The notes under the pieces were generated by a model, which worked only from the letters and a program-made list of their open reading frames with translations, was not told the origin of the DNA and did no database searches. The position numbers were made by a program, and so were the translations under genes. DNA of 64,000 nucleotides from Bacteroidia bacterium (lineage in GTDB: Bacteria > Bacteroidota > Bacteroidia > Bacteroidales > VadinHA17), in the NCBI GenBank assembly GCA_041480425.1, contig JBGOZX010000006.1, forward strand, positions 178 to 64,177, written 5' to 3'. Within the stretch, counting starts at the first letter, position 1, and each line of letters starts with the position of its first letter. Positions 29,940 through 40,653 of this stretch are shown piece by piece.

Positions 29940-31484
29940 TCAGAATGGTGGAAGTCCATGTTTTTTCTCTGGCATTGCAATAACCTTATTTTCTGATACT
30001 TCAATTGCATGCATCAGGAATCTCCTGGTCTCAGCCGGCTCAATGACCGCATCAACATATCCGCGGGAAGCAGCCACGTAAGGATTGGCAAATTTTGCCT
30101 TATATTCCTCTACTTTTTGTTTTCGCATGCCATCGGGATCATCAGAAGACACGATCTCCTTTCTGAAGATGATATTTGCTGCTCCTTCCGGCCCCATCAC
30201 AGCTATCTCGGCTGATGGCCAGGCGAAAACAAAATCGGCACGGAGATGACGCGAACTCATGGCAATATATCCTCCGCCATAGGCTTTCCGGAGTATTACA
30301 GTCAGTTTTGGAACAGTTGCTTCACTGTATGCATAAAGTACCTTTGCTCCATGCCTGATAACACCTGCATGTTCCTGGTCCACACCCGGCAGATAGCCCG
30401 GAAGGTCAACAAGAGTGATAATAGGGATGTTAAAAGCATCGCAGTACCTGATAAACCTGGCTGCTTTGTCGGATGAATCAACATCCAGAACACCAGCCAT
30501 TTCGAGAGGCTGGTTAGCTACAAATCCTGTTGTACGTCCTCCCATCCGGCCAAAACCTATTACAATGTTTTTGGCATAAAGCTCCATTATTTCAAAGAAA
30601 TCGGAATTATCTACAATTGCCCTGATAACGTCTTTAACATCATAGGGAAGCGTAGGGTCATCAGGAACTATCTTTTCAATATTATAGATTTTTTGTGGTT
30701 CTCCGGGTTTAAAATTCCTTGCTTTCCGGCTGTTGTTCCAGGGAATAAAGGTTATTAGTTTTTTTATCTGTTCAAAACATTCGTCTTCACTCAGGGCAAA
30801 GAAATGGGCGTTACCGGTAATTTCACTATGTACCCTTGCTCCACCAAGATCCTCCATTGAGATTTCCTCCCCCAGAACCGTTTTTATCACCTCCGGCCCT
30901 GTGATGAACATCTTTGAGATATTATCTACAACAAATACAAAATCAGTTAGTGCAGGTGAATAGACAGCACCACCGGCGCAGGGTCCGAGTATAACAGATA
31001 TCTGGGGTATGACACCGCTTGAAATTGTATTCCTGAAGAATATTTCGCCATAACCTGCCAGCGAATTAACACCTTCCTGTATTCTGGCTCCTCCCGAATC
31101 GTTGATACCGATAAGAGGCATTCTCATTTTCAGTGCATGGTCCATTATCTTGGTAATCTTCCTGGAGTGCATAAGTCCCAGCGATCCACCTGCAACAGTA
31201 AAATCCTGTGCAAAAATTGCCACCGGTGCACCATAAATAGTCCCCGATCCTATTATTACGCCATCGCTTGGAAGCGATTTTTTATCCATATCAAAATCGC
31301 GTGCATCATGTTCCACAAACAGGTCATATTCGTTGAATGAACTTTCATCAAGGAGTGCCATAATACGTTCCCGGGCAGTACGTTTACCCATGGCTTTCTG
31401 TTTTTCAATAGCCTGTTCACCACCGCCAAGAAGAATCTTCTTACGTTTTTCCTGTAACTCACGTATCTTTTTATTAAGTGGCAT
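29940..31484 (-). CDS. Acyl-CoA carboxylase beta / methylmalonyl-CoA decarboxylase alpha (carboxyltransferase)
   Basis: TARERI, QDFTVAGGSLG, DSGGARIQEG, GPCAGGAVYSPALTD, RKAYGGGY, IAVMGPEGA, KKHG. Confidence 0.95.
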   Translation of the reverse strand: MPLNKKIRELQEKRKKILLGGGEQAIEKQKAMGKRTARERIMALLDESSFNEYDLFVEHDARDFDMDKKSLPSDGVIIGSGTIYGAPVAIFAQDFTVAGGSLGLMHSRKITKIMDHALKMRMPLIGINDSGGARIQEGVNSLAGYGEIFFRNTISSGVIPQISVILGPCAGGAVYSPALTDFVFVVDNISKMFITGPEVIKTVLGEEISMEDLGGARVHSEITGNAHFFALSEDECFEQIKKLITFIPWNNSRKARNFKPGEPQKIYNIEKIVPDDPTLPYDVKDVIRAIVDNSDFFEIMELYAKNIVIGFGRMGGRTTGFVANQPLEMAGVLDVDSSDKAARFIRYCDAFNIPIITLVDLPGYLPGVDQEHAGVIRHGAKVLYAYSEATVPKLTVILRKAYGGGYIAMSSRHLRADFVFAWPSAEIAVMGPEGAANIIFRKEIVSSDDPDGMRKQKVEEYKAKFANPYVAASRGYVDAVIEPAETRRFLMHAIEVSENKVIAMPEKKHGLPPF

Positions 31485-31577
31485 ATAAGTCTGTTTTTGT
31501 TAATTAAATCTGACTTTCAAATAATCAATTTATGTTTTATGAATACATTTTTATAGAAATTGTGCTATTTAAGAAAT

Positions 31578-32714
31578 CTATTTAGGTGCAATTCTGTAAA
31601 GGACCAGGCCAATTATTGAATATAGAATATTAGGAATCCACATGGCCAGCATGGGTCCGAGGTTTCCTTTGAGTGAGAATTGAGAAGCAAATTGCTGAAA
31701 CAGGATATAAGAGAAACTCAGTCCCAGACCTATCCCTATATTCATCCCGATACCACCTCTTGCTTTCCTTGATGACAGAGTGACACCGATAAGAGTGAGT
31801 ATAAAAACAGCAAAAGGGCTCGCAAAACGGCGATGTTTTTCAATAAGAAACAGCTTAAGCTCATCCGAACCCTGAAGCCCCAGCTGAATAATATAATCGT
31901 TCAATTCATTATACGTCATAGTTCCAACGAATCCCGGATCGCGTGAAAAATCACTGGGTCTAATGTTCAGGGTGGTATCAATCTGAGATCCTTTAGTGAT
32001 TATCTCCTCTTTATCTTTAATATTACGCACATTATAATTTATTACTGTCCATTTTTTGTTTGTAGTATCCCACCTGACTATATTAGATGACAGCTTTGAC
32101 TCAAGTTTACCGGAGTCACTAAACTTCTCGATTGTAAAGTTACGTCCCGTACGACTTATGGGATTGAACGACTCCATATACACGAGGACATTTTTGGAAA
32201 CCTGTCTGTGTATATTCATTACAGGTACCCTTCTGCTTGAAGAACGGTAATACTTATCTTCAAAATCCATCCGTTTAAGATTGGCATGAGGTATTACAAA
32301 ATTGGTCAGCATAAAGGTAAAGATCGCAATAAACAGGGCTGAAAGGAAATAAGGCCACATCATTCTCCTGAAGCTCATTCCGCTATTTAGAATTGCAATG
32401 ATCTCGGTGTTGACTGCCATTTTGGATGTAAAAAAGATCACTGAGATAAAAACAAACAGTGGTGCAAACAATATTGCAAAATATGGAATGAAATTCAGAT
32501 AGTAATCTAATATGATTGCCCTGACAGTAGCTTCCTTTTCCATGAAATTATCGATCTTCTCAGCAAAATCAAAAACAACAGCAATGGTCAGGATCAGCAC
32601 AAGACAAAAGAAGAATGTACCCAGGAATTTCCTGATAATATAGCCATCAATAATTATGATTTTCAGAGAATCTATAATCGCTCTGAAAGTTTTCTTATCA
32701 TTTGGTTTTTCCAT
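31578..32714 (-). CDS. LptF/LptG family LPS export permease
   Basis: IDGYIIRKFLGTFF, NTEIIAILNSGMSFRR, beta-jellyroll region, MWIPN. True start is probably near 32666. Confidence 0.9.
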   Translation of the reverse strand: MEKPNDKKTFRAIIDSLKIIIIDGYIIRKFLGTFFFCLVLILTIAVVFDFAEKIDNFMEKEATVRAIILDYYLNFIPYFAILFAPLFVFISVIFFTSKMAVNTEIIAILNSGMSFRRMMWPYFLSALFIAIFTFMLTNFVIPHANLKRMDFEDKYYRSSSRRVPVMNIHRQVSKNVLVYMESFNPISRTGRNFTIEKFSDSGKLESKLSSNIVRWDTTNKKWTVINYNVRNIKDKEEIITKGSQIDTTLNIRPSDFSRDPGFVGTMTYNELNDYIIQLGLQGSDELKLFLIEKHRRFASPFAVFILTLIGVTLSSRKARGGIGMNIGIGLGLSFSYILFQQFASQFSLKGNLGPMLAMWIPNILYSIIGLVLYRIAPK

Positions 32715-33799
32715 CTTTTAAAATCGCCTCCTTCAATTCTTTTCCTTGCCTCGGTAACAAGTTTCAAATAAAATGCCAGGTTATGTATACTTGCGATCTG
32801 AGCACCAAGTATTTCACCTGAAATAACCAGATGCCTCAGATATGCCTTTGAATAATACAAACTTACAACAGAAGGGCCATCAGAATCAAGGGGACTGAAA
32901 TCATCGATCCATTTTCTGTTCCTGATATTAATTATACCCTCATTTGTAAAGAGCATCCCGTTTCGACCATTTCTTGTGGGCATAACACAATCGAACATAT
33001 CAATTCCTCTTTCAATTGCTTCAAGTATGTTGACAGGAGTACCCACTCCCATAAGATACCTGGGTTTATCCTCAGGTAAAATTCCATTTACAATCTCAAT
33101 AATCCTGTACATTTCTTCCACAGGTTCCCCTACTGATAATCCTCCAATGGCATTACCGGCCAAAGAGACTGAAGCAGCTTTTTCTGCCGAAATTTTTCTA
33201 AGGTCATCAAATGTACTGCCCTGCACAATTGGAAACAAAAACTGCTCATTACCCCATAAAGGCTCTGTTTCATGAAACCTGGCCACTGCCCGGTCGAGCC
33301 AGTGATGAGTCAGTTCAAGTGACTTTTTTGCATATCTGTAATCGCTCGGGAATGGTGCACATTCATCAAAAGCCATAATTATATCGGCTCCGATAATCCG
33401 CTGAATATCTATAGTATTCTCCGGAGTGAAAATGTGCGTTGATCCATCAATATGCGATTTAAAAATAGCACCTTCATCAGTAAGTTTTCTGTTCCCGGTA
33501 AGGGAGAAAACCTGGTAACCGCCACTATCTGTAAGAATAGGTCGTTCCCAACTTATAAATCTGTGGAGGCCTCCTGATGCTTTTAAAATTTCTGTTCCCG
33601 GTCTGAGATATAAATGATAAGTATTACCAAGAATAATTTTTGCATCTATGTCATCCTTAAGATCTCTCTGCAGAATGCCTTTTACAGTCCCGGCGGTTCC
33701 TACCGGCATAAAAATCGGAGTAGGAATATCACCATGAGCCGTTCTTAGCAGACCTGTCCTTGCCCTGGTTTCCTTATCCCTGCTCTGTATTACAAACAT
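32672..33799 (-). CDS. tgt: tRNA-guanine transglycosylase
   Basis: TPIFMPVGT, NTYHLYLRPG, TDSGGYQVFSL, MAFDEC, GGLSVGE, YLMGVG, DMFDCVMPTRNGRNG. Confidence 0.98.
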   Translation of the reverse strand: MFVIQSRDKETRARTGLLRTAHGDIPTPIFMPVGTAGTVKGILQRDLKDDIDAKIILGNTYHLYLRPGTEILKASGGLHRFISWERPILTDSGGYQVFSLTGNRKLTDEGAIFKSHIDGSTHIFTPENTIDIQRIIGADIIMAFDECAPFPSDYRYAKKSLELTHHWLDRAVARFHETEPLWGNEQFLFPIVQGSTFDDLRKISAEKAASVSLAGNAIGGLSVGEPVEEMYRIIEIVNGILPEDKPRYLMGVGTPVNILEAIERGIDMFDCVMPTRNGRNGMLFTNEGIINIRNRKWIDDFSPLDSDGPSVVSLYYSKAYLRHLVISGEILGAQIASIHNLAFYLKLVTEARKRIEGGDFKRWKNQMIRKLSERL

Positions 33800-33966
33800 A
33801 TATTCAATCTGGTTTTGGAAGCACAAAGGTAATTATTCGTGTAGCCTGATAAAATTTAATATCAATAATTTTGCAGATCATTTTCCGTTTTAATAAACGA
33901 TTGTTTAAAACTCTCTTTTTGCATTCAGATTATCTTATTAATATTGCTGCCATATTTGGAAGTCAA

Positions 33967-35097
33967 ATGATACTCCGCGACAATATTTTCTTTTTGACTG
34001 TTTTTACTGTGTTCGGGCTCTCCGCGACAATCCAGTTATTATATTATCTTTTTTATTACCTGGCGGTATGGTTGTATAAACACTCCGACATTACTGGGGG
34101 TAAGATCCCTGTGTCGGTTATTCTGTGCGCCAGGAACGAAGAAGAAAACCTGAGGAACTTCCTGCCTGCGATACTTGAACAGGATTATCCTGATTATGAA
34201 GTTATTGTTGTAAATGACTGTTCAGAGGACAACTCATTTGAAGTTCTCGGAGAGTACCTGAAAAAGTATCCACACCTCAGAATTTCTAACATATGTAAAG
34301 ATCCAAAGTTTACTCACAACAAAAAATTTGCACAATTCATAGGTATTAAAGCTGCAAAAAATGAGATCCTTATTTTCACTGATGCTGATTGCAGGCCTGA
34401 ATCTGACAAATGGCTAGCAGGGATGGCATCTCATTTTGATAATAATACCGATTTTGTACTTGGCTATGGTGGGTATTTCAGCAAAAAAGGATTGTTGAAT
34501 AAATACATAAGGTACGATAGCATGACCATTGCAATGCAGTACCTTGGTATGGCCATTCGCGGAATTCCCTATATGGGAGTCGGACGCAACCTTGCTTACC
34601 GCAGATCGGTTTTTTTTAAGAATAAAGGTTTTGGAACCCATAGTCACCTTATCTCAGGCGATGATGATCTGTTTGTGAATACAAATGCTACTAAGTATAA
34701 CACATATGTTGAATTCAATAGGGAGACACATACCAGATCGGTTCCCTCCAAAGGTCTGGCAGAATGGTTTAAGCAGAAAAAAAGACATCTTACAACAGCC
34801 CGGTATTATAAGTTACGGGATAAAATGTTATTAATTTCTGAACCTGCAACAAGGACACTTTTTTACATTTCGTTTACAATCCTGCTTTTCAAACTTTTCA
34901 TTTGGCCTTTTGTACTGACTATTTTTGGTATCAGGCTTATAACACTGATAGTTGTTTTTACTCTTGTGTCGAAAAGGCTGAATGAACCTGGACTGTTAGC
35001 ATATTCATTATTTTTTGATATCTTTTCTCCCATAATTAACACGATTGTTTATTTAAGCAATTCCCGGTACGGCTCCGGCAAAAACAGATGGAAGTAG
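33967..35097 (+). CDS. GT2 family glycosyltransferase, membrane-bound
   Basis: VSVILCARNE, VNDCSED, TDADC, GDDD, QKKRH, flanking TM helices. Confidence 0.9.
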   Translation: MILRDNIFFLTVFTVFGLSATIQLLYYLFYYLAVWLYKHSDITGGKIPVSVILCARNEEENLRNFLPAILEQDYPDYEVIVVNDCSEDNSFEVLGEYLKKYPHLRISNICKDPKFTHNKKFAQFIGIKAAKNEILIFTDADCRPESDKWLAGMASHFDNNTDFVLGYGGYFSKKGLLNKYIRYDSMTIAMQYLGMAIRGIPYMGVGRNLAYRRSVFFKNKGFGTHSHLISGDDDLFVNTNATKYNTYVEFNRETHTRSVPSKGLAEWFKQKKRHLTTARYYKLRDKMLLISEPATRTLFYISFTILLFKLFIWPFVLTIFGIRLITLIVVFTLVSKRLNEPGLLAYSLFFDIFSPIINTIVYLSNSRYGSGKNRWK

Positions 35098-35684
35098 TCA
35101 ATGGAATATCGGATAAGGCCAGAAATGACCTGTTATTTGTAGAGAAGGCAAAGAACGGAGATGGAAAAGCATTTGCCAGCTTAATGAACCGTTACAGGGA
35201 TTCCATCTACTTTATGCTTCTGAAAATGGTAAATAATACATCGGATGCTGAAGATCTGACAATAGAAGCATTTGGTAAAGCTTTCCGGAATCTTGATTCA
35301 TTCACTCCAGACTTTGCATTCAGTACATGGCTTTTTAAAATCGCAACTAACAACTGCATCGATTTTATAAGAAAGAAACAGACCTCTCCCACTTCAATTG
35401 ATCATTTACATGATGATATAGACAATTTGACTGTCAATATCCAATCTGATCTTCCCGACCCTGAGGAGACTCTGATTAATGACCAGAAGATAGCTGTTCT
35501 CAGAGGAATAGTGAACCAGTTGAAACCACGTTACAGAGATCTGATTGAATTAAGGTATTACAAAGAATACTCCTATGAAGAAATCTCTTCTGAGCTTAAT
35601 CTACCGATCGGGACAGTTAAAGCACAACTTTACAGGGCTAAAACGCTGTTATACAACATTTTCATCAAAACAGGAAACAGGTAG
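35088..35684 (+). CDS. ECF sigma-70 factor
   Basis: DAEDLT, FSTWLFKIATNNCIDFIRK, SYEEIS...PIGTVKAQLYRAK. Confidence 0.95.
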   Translation: MEVVNGISDKARNDLLFVEKAKNGDGKAFASLMNRYRDSIYFMLLKMVNNTSDAEDLTIEAFGKAFRNLDSFTPDFAFSTWLFKIATNNCIDFIRKKQTSPTSIDHLHDDIDNLTVNIQSDLPDPEETLINDQKIAVLRGIVNQLKPRYRDLIELRYYKEYSYEEISSELNLPIGTVKAQLYRAKTLLYNIFIKTGNR

Positions 35685-36307
35685 TGTCAGAAAATATCAT
35701 CAGATATTTCCCTTCTCTTTCATCCATCCAGATTAAGCAGTTCTCAGGACTTAAGGAGATATACGAAGACTGGAACAGCAAAATAAATGTTATCTCCCGC
35801 AAGGATATGGACAATTTTTATGTTCATCATGTCCTCCATTCCCTGGCAATTGCAAAAATTATCACATTTGTACAGACTACCCGCATCCTCGATGTAGGTA
35901 CAGGCGGTGGCTTTCCCGGGATGCCTCTTGCAATAATGTTCCCCTCTTCTGAATTCACACTTCTTGATTCTATTGAAAAAAAAACCAAAGTGGTCTCTTC
36001 TGTAGCAAATGAACTTGGCCTGACGAATGTAAATGTTATCCGGAAAAGAGTTGAGGAAGAAAAAAGGAAATATGATTTTGTGGTCAGCAGGGCAGTTACT
36101 GAATTCCCCGGATTTGTCAGACTAACAGAAAAAAACTTAGAAACGTACTGCAAAAACAGTTTAAAGAATGGGATTATATATCTCAAGGGTGGTGATTTTG
36201 AGGATGAATTGGCTCAGTTTAAAAATAAAGCTGTTGTGTGGGATATTAAAGATTTTTTTTCGGAACCTTTTTTTGAAACTAAAAGGATCGTTTATCTTGC
36301 TGTATGA
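35684..36307 (+). CDS. rsmG: 16S rRNA G527 N7-methyltransferase
   Basis: WNSKINVISR, HVLHSL, LDVGTGGGFPG, VVSRAV, YLKGG. Confidence 0.96.
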   Translation: MSENIIRYFPSLSSIQIKQFSGLKEIYEDWNSKINVISRKDMDNFYVHHVLHSLAIAKIITFVQTTRILDVGTGGGFPGMPLAIMFPSSEFTLLDSIEKKTKVVSSVANELGLTNVNVIRKRVEEEKRKYDFVVSRAVTEFPGFVRLTEKNLETYCKNSLKNGIIYLKGGDFEDELAQFKNKAVVWDIKDFFSEPFFETKRIVYLAV

Positions 36308-36333
36308 TTTTTTTGAAGAAATGATAATGCGGG

Positions 36334-36363
36334 TTGCTATTTTTTAAAAAATAACTATCTTTG
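36334..36363 (+). promoter_or_regulatory. Bacteroidota -33/-7 promoter of rpmH
   Basis: TTG at 36334-36336 and TATCTTTG at 36356-36363. Confidence 0.6.
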
Positions 36364-36407
36364 CGTTCTCAAATAAAAACAATACAGAAAAATAAACATT
36401 TAAAAAT

Positions 36408-36566
36408 ATGAAAAGGACATTTCAGCCATCAAGAAGAAAGAGAGCAAACAAGCATGGTTTCAGGGAAAGAATGTCCACTCCCAACGGAAGAAGGATTCTG
36501 GCTTCACGAAGGGCAAAGGGGAGAAAAAAACTTTCTGTCTCCCCTGAACTCAAATTGAAAGGATAA
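36408..36566 (+). CDS. rpmH: 50S ribosomal protein L34
   Basis: Below the ORF-track cutoff; translates to [52 protein letters not shown]. Confidence 0.98.
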   Translation: MKRTFQPSRRKRANKHGFRERMSTPNGRRILASRRAKGRKKLSVSPELKLKG

Positions 36567-36587
36567 TTACATTTGCATTAAATGCAT

Positions 36588-36617
36588 AAAGGTGCCTCTT
36601 AATAAGGCACTTTTTTT
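36588..36617 (+). terminator. Intrinsic terminator after rpmH
   Basis: GTGCCT-loop-AGGCAC followed by T7. Confidence 0.8.
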
Positions 36618-36628
36618 ATGTTGTCAAA

Positions 36629-36733
36629 CGCTGGCGCGGATTTGACTTCGTCGAGCTCCCTCCGGTCGGTTAGCAAAGCGTAATCCGTGCCAATAATAAA
36701 GTACTTAGCACGGATTATAAATCCGCGCTAGCG
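36629..36733. repeat. Inverted pair of REP-like units (REPIN), left unit interrupted
   Basis: The right unit GCACGGATTATAAATCCGCGCTAGCG is nearly the reverse complement of the left unit CGCTGGCGCGGATTTG[36-nt insert]TAATCCGTGC. Confidence 0.75.
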
Positions 36734-36781
36734 GTCTCATAGATATCTTTTTTATTAATTTTGCAGACTTTGATATCTATA

Positions 36782-37882
36782 ATGACTCATTTTTCCAACT
36801 ATATTGACTGCAAAGCCCTCCGGTTGATAGCCGAAAAAATAATGACAGGTGTCCGCATATCATCCGAAGAAGGATTATTACTTTACAATGAAGCTGATTT
36901 GCCGTTGCTGGGTCTTTTGGCAGGTATAGCCAGAAGAAGACACAATGACAATTTTGCCTTTTTCAACCGTAATTTCCACATTGAACCAACAAATATATGT
37001 ATTTATAACTGTCGGTTCTGTTCATATCATAAAAATGCCGGTGATTCTGAAAGTTGGGAATATAGTCATGACGATATGCTCGACATTGTTAAGAGGTTTG
37101 ATAATAAAGAGGTTACCGAAGTTCATATAGCTGGGGGTGTACATCCTTCTTACGATCTTCACTATTGGGGTCAGCTTATTCGAAAAATCAAACAACATCG
37201 TCCTGGTCTGCATATCAAAGCTTTTTCTGCTATTGAACTCGACTATATGATCAGGAAAACGGGCTTAACTCTTGAGGAAGGATTAAAGCAACTTATGGAT
37301 TATGGTCTCGGTTCGATACCCGGGGGAGGCGCTGAGATATTTGATGAAGAGCTAAGGCAGAAGATATGCCCTGAAAAAGCATCTTCTGAAATGTGGCTTA
37401 AAATTCATGAGACCGCGCACAATATTGGTATACCGTCTAATGCAACAATGCTTTACGGCCATATTGAAAATTATGTTCACCGTATCGACCACATGGAAAG
37501 GCTGCGGAAACTTCAGGACAAAACAGGCGGATTTAACGCCTTTATTCCACTGAAGTACAAAAAAGCTAATAATGCTATGTCTGATCTCGGTGAGGTGAAC
37601 ATAATTGAGGATCTGCGTAATTATGCTGTTTCAAGGATATATTTCGATAATATTCCTCACATCAAGGCATACTGGCCAATGACAGGAAAGGAGACAGCCC
37701 AGTTAAGTCTTTCATTCGGAGCCGATGACCTTGACGGTACAATTGATGATACAACAAAGATCTATTCAATGGCAGGGGCAAAAGATGAAAACCCGGCGAT
37801 GACAACAGATGAAATTTGCCGTTTGATCCGCGAAACCGGATTAATTCCGGTTGAAAGAGACTCTTTGTATAATAAAATTTGA
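36782..37882 (+). CDS. mqnE: Aminofutalosine synthase (CofH/MqnC/MqnE radical SAM family)
   Basis: TNICIYNCRFC, EVHIAGG, HIKAFSAIE, PGGGAEIF, NATMLYGHIE, HIKAYW, FGADDLDGT. Confidence 0.88.
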   Translation: MTHFSNYIDCKALRLIAEKIMTGVRISSEEGLLLYNEADLPLLGLLAGIARRRHNDNFAFFNRNFHIEPTNICIYNCRFCSYHKNAGDSESWEYSHDDMLDIVKRFDNKEVTEVHIAGGVHPSYDLHYWGQLIRKIKQHRPGLHIKAFSAIELDYMIRKTGLTLEEGLKQLMDYGLGSIPGGGAEIFDEELRQKICPEKASSEMWLKIHETAHNIGIPSNATMLYGHIENYVHRIDHMERLRKLQDKTGGFNAFIPLKYKKANNAMSDLGEVNIIEDLRNYAVSRIYFDNIPHIKAYWPMTGKETAQLSLSFGADDLDGTIDDTTKIYSMAGAKDENPAMTTDEICRLIRETGLIPVERDSLYNKI

Positions 37883-37932
37883 AGTAATTTTATCCTTACA
37901 TTTGCGTTATTATTTATGTTCAAATTGCCGGT

Positions 37933-38784
37933 ATGAGTCTTAAATACTTTATCCTCAGTAAAATATTCTTAAAGAATCTTGGATTGGCTGCTGTCATTAT
38001 TGTAGTGACAATAATGGTTTTGCTCATCTGGCTCAATTTCTACACCCGCCATGGACAGGCAAGAGCTGTGCCTGATTTTGTCGGACTTACAATGGACCAG
38101 ACAATTAAGCTTGCGAAAAAAAGTAAACTCAGATATCAGATAATCGACTCTGTTTATACTACAGTTGTACCACGGGGTTGTGTTGCTGAACAGAATCCCA
38201 AACCAGGATTTAAAGTTAAGAAACGGAGAAATATTATACTGACAATCAATGCTTTTAATCCTGAGATGGTTGCGATGCCAAATCTCGTTGATCTGCCTAA
38301 AAGACAGGCGATTGCTCTTATCGAAAGCTCAGGGCTGGAAATGGGAACTCCGAGATATATTCCCGATATATCTATAGATGTGGTTATTAAGCAGTTGCAT
38401 AATGGCATAGAGATACCTGAAGGTGATTCCCTCCAAAAGGGTTCCGTTGTTGATCTGGTTCTGGGTAAAGGTCTTAGTAATCAGCGAACCCCTGTTCCCG
38501 ATCTGATAGGAATGACCCTGAAACCGGCTAAAAACAAAATCCTTGGAGCATCACTCAGTTTAGTCACATTTATTTATGATAATACAATCATTACAGGTTA
38601 TGATACCCTTAATGCTTTTGTATATAAACAAAATCCAGAATTCAAATATGATGCAAGCCTGCCACTTGGATCTGCCATATATCTCTGGCTGACAGTTGAT
38701 TCTGCAAAGATTCAGACTGACTCAACCTTGGTAACAACTGACACAATACCCGCCGTTGATCATTTGCCGGCGCAGCTTAAATAA
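37933..38784 (+). CDS. PASTA domain protein
   Basis: N-terminal TM, YTRHG, three PASTA repeats (VPDFVG, MPNLVD, VPDLIG). Confidence 0.92.
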   Translation: MSLKYFILSKIFLKNLGLAAVIIVVTIMVLLIWLNFYTRHGQARAVPDFVGLTMDQTIKLAKKSKLRYQIIDSVYTTVVPRGCVAEQNPKPGFKVKKRRNIILTINAFNPEMVAMPNLVDLPKRQAIALIESSGLEMGTPRYIPDISIDVVIKQLHNGIEIPEGDSLQKGSVVDLVLGKGLSNQRTPVPDLIGMTLKPAKNKILGASLSLVTFIYDNTIITGYDTLNAFVYKQNPEFKYDASLPLGSAIYLWLTVDSAKIQTDSTLVTTDTIPAVDHLPAQLK

Positions 38785-38788
38785 ACTG

Positions 38789-40645
38789 ATGATCAAAAAA
38801 TTAATTATATATATTGTAATTCTCAACTTTGCCCCGCTCATCACTTCTGCCCAGGAGGTAATTACCGGCCTTCAAACAAATTACAGTATTTAAAAAAAGA
38901 TTAACAAACAGGATCAAACAAAGGGAATAGCTGCACCTGATACACTAGAACTTCCCTTTTTTGATGACTTCTCAAAGCATTCATACTTACCAGATTTAAA
39001 AAGGTGGAGTGATAAGTTTGTGTTCATTAACAACACCTATTCTGATCAGCAGGTCACAACAGGAATTGCCACCTTCGACGCAATTGATAATTCCGGGAGA
39101 TTATATGAAACAGCCTCTTCAACAGGATTTGAAGCCGATCACCTTACTTCCCAGCCAGTAAATCTTAATTACAGTGCTACAGATAATATCTGGCTGAGTT
39201 TCTTCTATCAGCCGGCAGGACTTGGCGATCCGCCTGAAGTGAACGATAGCCTTACACTTCAGTTTTTCGCTCCTGCTGAGGCTAAATGGCATTCGGTATG
39301 GAAAGCTGAGGGTAAAACACAACAAAGGTTTAAGCCTGTGATTATCAGAATAAATCAGTCCCAGTATTTGAAGAAAGGTTTTAAGTTCCGTTTTATCAAT
39401 TATGCAAGCCTGAGCGCAAATTTGAGCGATCCATCCATGATCGGAAACTGTGATATTTGGAATATTGACTATGTGTATCTTAATAAAAACAGGAATGGGG
39501 CCGATACTTCGCTTGCTGATGTGGCTTTCCGGACTCCGTTGAGGTCGATCCTTAAAACTCACGAAGCGATGCCCTGGAAACAATTCAAACAGGTCTATCT
39601 CCAGGAGATGGGTTCAGCAATCCCTATTCATTACCGGAATAATGATATAATAATAAGGAATGTCACCCGTAATTTCGTGATATGGGATGTATACAAGAAT
39701 ACCCTGTCCCATTCTTTCTCAGCAGGCGCGACAAACATAAGTCCGCTTACAAATGTTGACTATAATGCTAACCTCATATATACTTATGACACCAGTAATA
39801 ATGATTCTGCACTTTTCCACATCACCTGCTCCCTGATCACAGATGATTTTGATCCCAAGGATAATGATACAATACAATATTATCAGATCTTTAACAACTA
39901 TTTTGCATTTGATGATGGATCATCAGAAGGAGGGTACGGGGTAAACGGATTGGGATCAAGAAACGCAATTGTAGCTTACAGGTTTAAATCTTATATGAAA
40001 GATACTATCAGGGCGGTGCGTATATGCTTTAACGACAGCTATCTGAACAGCAACATCAGGGCTTTCGATCTTATGATCTGGGACGACAATAACGGTCTGC
40101 CCGGCAATGTACTTTATTCCCTGGAAGATTTGATGGTTGTAAAGGGTGACGAAATCAATGGATTTTACACTTATAATCTTCCGGATGGGGTAAGGGTGGA
40201 TGATATTTTTTATATCGGCTGGAAGCAACGCTCTGAGACTTTTCTGAATGCAGGATTCGATATAAACACGCCACATGGAGGGAAGCAGCTTTACTGGCTT
40301 AATGGGGAATGGCATCAGTCGCAGGTTCAGGGTAGTGTTATGATCAGACCTGTTGTAGGTGATCCTCTGAAAACTACATCGATAGACGATACTTACTACC
40401 ATAATAAGAATACTTTCAGATTATGGCCAAATCCTGCATCAGATTATATAAATATAGATTGGAATGAATTGGCGATATCACAATCGGCTTATGTCACTTT
40501 TATCGATATTAATGGACGTGAATTGATGAAAGTGCCTTATAGTGAGCGCATTAACATATCTTCACTTAGTGAGGGAATATATATAGTTATTACCACCATA
40601 AATGGTAAACCGGCAGGCTATAACCGACTGGTTAAAATAAGGTAG
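38789..40645 (+). pseudogene. T9SS type-A sorting-domain protein with an in-frame stop at codon 35
   Basis: ATG 38789 gives a signal peptide (MIKKLIIYIVILNFAPLITSAQE), then TAA at 38891-38893. The same frame continues (..DTLELPFFDDFS..) into ORF 39020-40645, which ends in a CTD (LWPNPAS...LSEGIYIV...RLVKIR). Confidence 0.7.
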
Positions 40646-40653
40646 ATCCGGGT

